From IMG/VR virus record IMGVR_UViG_3300047560_000779, positions 1 to 59,569 of that record: DNA of 59,569 nt; one strand, written 5' to 3'. This DNA is from a virus. Taxonomy: Duplodnaviria; Caudoviricetes. The translations under genes and the position numbers were made by a program. Under the pieces are notes generated by a model. It was given only the letters and a program-made list of their open reading frames with translations. It had not been told where the DNA came from and did no database searches. Shown here in pieces: positions 54,035 to 59,569 of this stretch (the stretch's first letter is position 1; each line of letters starts with the position of its first letter).

Positions 54035-56170
54035 TCAAGAGCTAACTCCACTCATAGGAGCAAAGTTATTTGTGACCGGGGCTCCAGTTTCAAGTGTAGC
54101 ACCGGGTTGTGGGGTTGGTGGTGTACCACCGGCTTGAGCTTGACCGTTCTGTTGTTCAAGCATTAGCTGCTGTTGCTGCATGGCTTGCGCCTGCTGTTGG
54201 GCCATACGTGCCTTAATGATCTCCACTGGAGGTACGATGTTGTCTGGGTTGAGGTCAAGCGTCTTAGCTGCTTGGCGCAACAGTTCTGCGATGCCTTCAA
54301 CACCGACGATCTGCTGAGTGAGCGGGTTAGACAACGCGATCTGCAAGAACTGGTTCTGGCGCATCTGGGCTTGTTCTTTCACCAACAGTGAGGTCGCGCC
54401 GCGTGCAACGATATTGACGTCGCCCTTCAAGTCTGGGTCATCACCGTAACGCATGTTGTAGAAATACAACCGTTCGATCGCAAGACGGATGACGTTCTCG
54501 TCGATGTTGGCGATAACCTGCTTGATGGCCTTGCCAGCGTTGGACATCATCATGCTCATGCCGGAGGCTGTACGGCCTGCGCCGCCTGCCATGCTCTCGC
54601 CGGTCATGTACTTGGGAATACCGGTGTACTCGTCAGCCAACGTAGCAAACTTCTCGTACACGTTCATGAGTTCAGCAGACAAGCTCGATGGTTGGAAGAA
54701 CTGCATAGGAGCAGCGCCACCGGCCATTGGATCGCTCGTGACTTGCCATACCTTCCATGGGTACATCTGCGTGATGTTCTCGCCTTGGGGCAAGCGGTCA
54801 ATGTTGTAGACCACCTGAGGACCCGAGGCAATAGACATGTTGTTTACCAGCGCACGTGCAGCTGCATTGCAGATGTCCTGCGCATCGCGACACAGATCAG
54901 CAACAGAATTACCCCAATACGCGCCCGGAACTTCTTCATAGGATGCCTTGTAGTAAGGTTTGCGACCCAATGGATCGGGATTGATAACGGCCTTGATGAC
55001 CCAGTGCCCAATGACCCAAGCCTCGATGGGATAGTCCATCAGTGGGTCAGGAACTTCTTCCTCAGTCATGCCCCAGTCACGCAGGAGCTGACCTTGCACG
55101 TTGCCCCAGTACTGGAGAGCGTCGATCAACTGCGATGGGTTCTGTTGCACGCCCATAGTCGACTTGCCTTCAGCCGCAGCCTTGTTCATGTCAACGTAAA
55201 TCCAGTCGCGCAGACCGCCCTTGCCGTACTCCTCGAGCACCATGCGGATCGCGCCGTCGCTGTAGCCTTCAACACCGAGCAGAGCTTGCAAGTCAGCACG
55301 ATGCAGTTTGTGCCGCTCGATCAGAGCACCGTCGTCAACGGTAGATGCGTCAGCAGCGGGGTAAATGTTGAATGGGTCAACGCGTTCCCACTCTAAGCAC
55401 AACTCATCCTGCACATCAAGCGTGTACTGGCCGTTCTGGCCGGGCACCCAGTTCATCTTAGGGCGCTTACGTACAACTGGGCCTTTGATGAAGGCAGATG
55501 GGAATGTGGTGATGTCATCTAGAAAGTCGCTGAACGCTTTTTGCCAGTTACCTTCTTGCAGCTGGTCAGTCATCTTGACTTCCATGCGCTCTGCGGTACG
55601 GCCAGCTAAGTCCTTCAAGTGAGACATCGCCATGTCTTTCATCTCAAGCAAACGCTCACGCACTTGTTGATCTGTTGGAGGCTGCCCCATCGCATATAAC
55701 TGGGTAACTTCTTGCTGAGCCTGAGCCATGATTGACTCAACTTGATTTGGAGGCAGATCAGGGATCGCTCCGGGTTTGATGGTCCAAGGCTTCTCATCAG
55801 CAGCCGTAACCAGCGTGTCGCGCAACCAGCTCGATGCAGCACGGCATTTGTTCGATGTCAACATCATGTAGATGGTGGAACTGCCTTGCTCCCGAAGCTG
55901 AGCGAGCTTATCGGGGTCATACTCTCCGCGACGTGCGCGAACAGATTTGAGCATTTTGATTTCTGAAGTCATCTGCTTCGCCATCATTGAGCTCATCCAC
56001 GTCTTGCGGATAAACCCGGCTAGGGCTTGCACTACAGGCTGAGAGTTCTGCTCTTGAGCTTTCGCTCTCTGCTCCTCTTGTAGCGCCTTCAGAGATTTGA
56101 TCGTGACCATACCACCCGTGGTAATAGTACCCGGGGCGTTTGAATTGGTAATGTTCAAGCCAAGTTGCAT
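54035..56170 (-). CDS. Portal protein
   Basis: 711 aa after TerL; VDPFNIYP, ASGPQV, RTASGMSM, Gln-rich tail. Confidence 0.88.
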   Translation of the reverse strand: MQLGLNITNSNAPGTITTGGMVTIKSLKALQEEQRAKAQEQNSQPVVQALAGFIRKTWMSSMMAKQMTSEIKMLKSVRARRGEYDPDKLAQLREQGSSTIYMMLTSNKCRAASSWLRDTLVTAADEKPWTIKPGAIPDLPPNQVESIMAQAQQEVTQLYAMGQPPTDQQVRERLLEMKDMAMSHLKDLAGRTAERMEVKMTDQLQEGNWQKAFSDFLDDITTFPSAFIKGPVVRKRPKMNWVPGQNGQYTLDVQDELCLEWERVDPFNIYPAADASTVDDGALIERHKLHRADLQALLGVEGYSDGAIRMVLEEYGKGGLRDWIYVDMNKAAAEGKSTMGVQQNPSQLIDALQYWGNVQGQLLRDWGMTEEEVPDPLMDYPIEAWVIGHWVIKAVINPDPLGRKPYYKASYEEVPGAYWGNSVADLCRDAQDICNAAARALVNNMSIASGPQVVYNIDRLPQGENITQMYPWKVWQVTSDPMAGGAAPMQFFQPSSLSAELMNVYEKFATLADEYTGIPKYMTGESMAGGAGRTASGMSMMMSNAGKAIKQVIANIDENVIRLAIERLYFYNMRYGDDPDLKGDVNIVARGATSLLVKEQAQMRQNQFLQIALSNPLTQQIVGVEGIAELLRQAAKTLDLNPDNIVPPVEIIKARMAQQQAQAMQQQQLMLEQQNGQAQAGGTPPTPQPGATLETGAPVTNNFAPMSGVSS

Positions 56171-56219
56171 ATGTGCGTCACTTTGTGCGAATGGGATGTA
56201 CTATGGCACAGTCTCGGCG

Positions 56220-57620
56220 TCACGTCCATACATAGTTGGATTTGTGCACCTCAACCGCCTTGCGGCCCCAAGCATCGCCTGTGACGTTTCCATCAGCGTG
56301 CAGACACGCGTACTGATGGGCATCTGCAATGTGGGAATGTGAGTTCTTCTCGGGCTTATCGTCCGTCTCACCATTTTGACGGATTTTATACCTATATCCG
56401 CCTCGTAGTGCAGCAATTAGTTTTGTACAGCACGGATCAATCAAATGACCGGGTTTGCCGTCGACCGTGCGCGTGAGCATTTTGTCCACCGCGTTCACCC
56501 GTGCAACCACGCTGTTCGTCTTGGCTGGAATGACTCGAAAGCCTTCCTGTTTCAGAATATCGAACACCGAGCGCTCGTCAGTCTGAGCCCGCTGCTGCCC
56601 TGCCGGGTCACCAATAATCAACACGTTCATCCCCGGGAAACGGTTAGCCAGTAAGGGTTTCAACTTCTCGCGGCAAAACCGCAACGTCCCCATACCGTCT
56701 GACGTCAGGTCTGCGAATGTGAGCAATCGTCCTTGTGCGTCGACTTGGTTGATCGTGCATGCAGGTGTGAGACCGAAGTCCATCCCGATGATGAGGGGGT
56801 GGGTCTGGAGTTTGATGTGATTGAGAGTCTGGCTGGCAACGTGAGTATCTCGATCAAAAGCTCGGAATACAGGCTGTCCCGAGAGCGATCTCCCAAACTT
56901 CCCGTGCACGTAGACGTCGATCCAGTCTTCACTTTTGCCCTCACACAAGTTCTCGTAGTAGCCGTCAGGCAGGTACTGCACCCAGTCTGCTTCCGTAGCC
57001 AGTCCGCTAGGCTGGATGGTAACGTGCATGTTGTCAGGCGGATCGTTGAGCAAGTTCTCCCAGAACGTATCAGCATCGGGTGGGTTGGTAGCGCCCCACA
57101 CCTTGTGAATCTGTTTGCCTGCGTCATCGCAAGCACCCACACCGTTCATCGTCTTGTCCGGATAACGACCAAGGCGACCAGTAAGAGCATTGTAAATGTC
57201 AGGGTTGATTTCTCGAAATTCGTCCATGACGCCGAAGGTGAGCTGCAAAGACAACAGGCGACGAGCATCATTAGCATCATCCAGACCACGGAAAAGCACT
57301 TCGCACTCCACGTCGTCGAACTTAAGAAGAAACTTTGAGTTGGTTTTTTCAAGGACACCGGCTTCTCCGTCTGGGTACCACTTCAGGAAGTCTGGGATGG
57401 TCGTGTCCCACAGCATCTGACGGGTGTTACGAATAACAGCGCAGCGCGAACGACGTATGCCGTCCGGACTGGCCTTGATGCGTGCAGCCTCGTAGCCGAT
57501 CTTAATCAGCGACGCGGTTGTCTTTGTCGAACCCACCGGCCCCACGATGAAGTTCGCAAACTTGTCTGACGTGAGGAATGGGACCACCGACAGGGGCGGT
57601 GTGTAGACTAGGTTAGCCAT
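56220..57620 (-). CDS. terL: Terminase large subunit
   Basis: GPVGSTKT, VIRNT, MDE, ATNPP, nuclease GMDFG, SHIADA.QY. Confidence 0.93.
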   Translation of the reverse strand: MANLVYTPPLSVVPFLTSDKFANFIVGPVGSTKTTASLIKIGYEAARIKASPDGIRRSRCAVIRNTRQMLWDTTIPDFLKWYPDGEAGVLEKTNSKFLLKFDDVECEVLFRGLDDANDARRLLSLQLTFGVMDEFREINPDIYNALTGRLGRYPDKTMNGVGACDDAGKQIHKVWGATNPPDADTFWENLLNDPPDNMHVTIQPSGLATEADWVQYLPDGYYENLCEGKSEDWIDVYVHGKFGRSLSGQPVFRAFDRDTHVASQTLNHIKLQTHPLIIGMDFGLTPACTINQVDAQGRLLTFADLTSDGMGTLRFCREKLKPLLANRFPGMNVLIIGDPAGQQRAQTDERSVFDILKQEGFRVIPAKTNSVVARVNAVDKMLTRTVDGKPGHLIDPCCTKLIAALRGGYRYKIRQNGETDDKPEKNSHSHIADAHQYACLHADGNVTGDAWGRKAVEVHKSNYVWT

Positions 57621-58104
57621 CTATGGTTATTGGTGTTGGCCCGCCTGTCTGCGGGATGTTGATCGTAATACTGAACTTCGGAGCCGACGGCGCACTGGCT
57701 GCCTCAGCCTTCTTGTCGGGCTTCAAGCCTGCGACGTCCACCAGACTGTTGAACACGCTCAGCTTCTGCATGATTGACGTGTCGTTAGCGATGGCCTGCT
57801 TGAACATCTGGCTCATCATCTCCTCAGCCATCAGTCCAGCCTTGAGCCGGAACGTCATGCCATTACGCTCAAACTCTGCGCGTTGCTGTTGCACGGCTTG
57901 AATGAACGGGGGCCACTGCTTGAGCCGCTCCCATTTGGCGTCGGTGAAGTTGAACCGTGCTGCGATGGAGTCAGGGTCTTCCAATCCTGCGGCGCACTCC
58001 CAGACTAGCTGGGGTGGCACATCCAACGTGACATGAGCCTCGGGTGCTTGAGGCGCAAGCGCAAACTCTGTGTGGTCTGCGAAGTGTTCGAGGTCGTCAT
58101 TCAT
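57613..58104 (-). CDS. Terminase small subunit, putative
   Basis: Immediately upstream of and overlapping TerL; helical; C-terminal FSITINI strand. Confidence 0.65.
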   Translation of the reverse strand: MNDDLEHFADHTEFALAPQAPEAHVTLDVPPQLVWECAAGLEDPDSIAARFNFTDAKWERLKQWPPFIQAVQQQRAEFERNGMTFRLKAGLMAEEMMSQMFKQAIANDTSIMQKLSVFNSLVDVAGLKPDKKAEAASAPSAPKFSITINIPQTGGPTPITIDG

Positions 58105-58228
58105 ACTTCTTCAGCCCGTCGATCAGGATACGGCGAATCAGCTCAGACATGGTTAGCCCAGTGCGCTCCGCTTCTTTGCGCAAAGCATCCACGACCTGTT
58201 CGGGTAGGAAGAAGTTGTACCGCTTCAC
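58097..58228 (-). CDS. Ribbon-helix-helix (CopG/Arc-like) regulator, 43 aa
   Basis: Translated by hand: MKRYNFFLPEQVVDALRKEAERTGLTMSELIRRILIDGLKKYE; GTGA-coupled. Confidence 0.8.
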   Translation of the reverse strand: MKRYNFFLPEQVVDALRKEAERTGLTMSELIRRILIDGLKKYE

Positions 58229-58374
58229 TTCTTTTTGGCCTTAGGCATTTCTTTTTCGTACTTAGCTTCGGCCTTCTTGTAGCCAGCTTTTGTCGGGAAC
58301 GCTTTCTTCTCAGCTTTTTCTTCCTTCTTGGATTCTTTACCTTTGAACAGGAAGGACGGTTTCATAGTGGCCAT
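58225..58374 (-). CDS. Small Lys/Glu-rich protein, 49 aa
   Basis: Translated by hand: MATMKPSFLFKGKESKKEEKAEKK...; AAGGAG RBS. Confidence 0.65.
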   Translation of the reverse strand: MATMKPSFLFKGKESKKEEKAEKKAFPTKAGYKKAEAKYEKEMPKAKKK

Positions 58375-58918
58375 TGCAAGCTCCTTGTGGTTGATGTGTG
58401 TATGTTACACCCGATTAAGTTTACAACGCAAGTTTTTAAGTATTCAATGCCCGGGGTAGGTGTGGCGATTATACACACCTAGTAATTTTTTACCTTTGAT
58501 GGATGAGCGATACGTAAGGATGGGCGCGGGGTGCTCTGGACCGTGTCCCTCCCCCCGTCCCCCCTACCCCCATTGGCATGATGCGGGCTGTATATGGAAG
58601 AACCGATATCCAGCACGAAATAATGCGAACAATCGGGTTGCGAGTAGGTCACACCACCGAAGGGGAATCCACGCCCTGTAAGCGGTCGACAGCCGAGGCA
58701 TCATGGTACGGACGTGCAAAACACCCGAAATGGGTGACACCAGCCTAATCCATACACTACTCAGTAGACGCAAAGCGCATGAGCGCGCCAAAGGGTTCAG
58801 TCCCAAGGTGCATATCGAGGATTGACGAGTCCTACCAACAAAAAGACGTTGCGCCAACAACACGGGGCGCAAATTCCGTGCACCAAATTCATTCACTTAT
58901 TTAACCGGAGTAATCATC

Positions 58919-59437
58919 ATGGATAAAGCACAAATCTTGAAGAATATCGGCGCAATCGGTAAAGCCGCAAAAGCACTGACCGCCAATATTCAAATCACCG
59001 CAGTTGGCTGTGTTGAACACGCAGTCAAGCATGGCGACATCACGCTGTGCGATCAACTGGTTGAAGCACTCGGCAAGGGTATGCGCCGCGCATCACTCCG
59101 CGCTTGGTTCGAGACCAATGGCCCAATGTATTTGCCCAAAGGCAAAGACAAATTTGCGTTCGATAAAGAACGCCGTGGCGAGTGGTCACAAGACCGCGAA
59201 GACGCGTTACTGGCAACACCTTGGGAAGAAGCCAAGCCCGAAGAAGCCGTTGTTAGCGTGTTCGATGTATCCGAAGCGTTTGACCGCTTCATGAAGCGCA
59301 TCGAGGCAACCGTCAAGGATGCCAACATCACAGTCCGCAACCGCGAACTCATGGAGTTGCTTGGTCAACAAGCGGCTATCTACCATGCCGAGAAGGTGCT
59401 TAGCCAGCGCATCGACACACCAGCCGATGCAAAGTAA
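58919..59437 (+). CDS. Conserved early phage protein
   Basis: GGAG RBS; HA..HGD...L..AL...R..L..W pattern; followed by a terminator. Confidence 0.8.
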   Translation: MDKAQILKNIGAIGKAAKALTANIQITAVGCVEHAVKHGDITLCDQLVEALGKGMRRASLRAWFETNGPMYLPKGKDKFAFDKERRGEWSQDREDALLATPWEEAKPEEAVVSVFDVSEAFDRFMKRIEATVKDANITVRNRELMELLGQQAAIYHAEKVLSQRIDTPADAK

Positions 59438-59442
59438 GGGAA

Positions 59443-59569
59443 GGGGGCGCAAGCCCCCGACCTTTTAGCGCACCTATCACGCCCCATAGTCGACAGCATC
59501 GGAGTACATCATGCGTACACATCTCGTGCCCAGCGGCACCATGCCCCAATCCATCAAGCGCGACAAGTT
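59443..59569. repeat. Terminal direct repeat, copy 2
   Basis: Exact copy of 1-127. Confidence 0.95.

Noticed and set aside
24577-58482. Many long + strand ORFs opposite the structural genes, and - strand ORFs opposite the early genes
   Set aside because: These are antisense shadows of codon-biased genes with no independent motifs.
1-59569. Alternative genetic code, tRNA genes, introns or inteins
   Set aside because: Core genes are intact and of normal length under the standard code. No cloverleaf or intein motifs were seen by eye; a tRNAscan/Infernal run would be needed to exclude them.

Overview
This window is a complete, circularised genome of a tailed dsDNA phage with podovirus-like organisation. 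Bases 1-127 are repeated exactly at 59443-59569, giving a unit genome of about 59,442 bp. The + strand arm (58919 through the junction to 23999) carries early and replication genes. These are a dense array of small ORFs around a MoxR-type AAA+ ATPase, a DUF3150-like gene and a DUF2201-like metallopeptidase-vWA gene, then a family A DNA polymerase, PD-(D/E)XK nuclease, VRR-NUC, HNH, SNF2 helicase, SSB-like protein and primase-helicase. The - strand arm (58374 to 24059) carries terminase, portal, scaffold, capsid, adaptors, tail fibres and adhesin, a lysis cassette (GH19 endolysin, Rz with nested Rz1) and internal virion proteins, including a 2725-aa polyvalent protein. I saw no integrase, RNA polymerase, tRNA, CRISPR array or reverse transcriptase. 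The main candidate novel system is about 14 translationally coupled small paralogues with variable cores and a shared C-terminal helix (x-E-A-K-A-W...R-L/M-E/D), interleaved with the AAA+/vWA module. Also notable are up to three small ORFs overprinted in one alternative frame of the giant virion gene, and two repeated DNA motifs that may be regulatory. All family assignments come from recognising motifs by eye; no database search was run.
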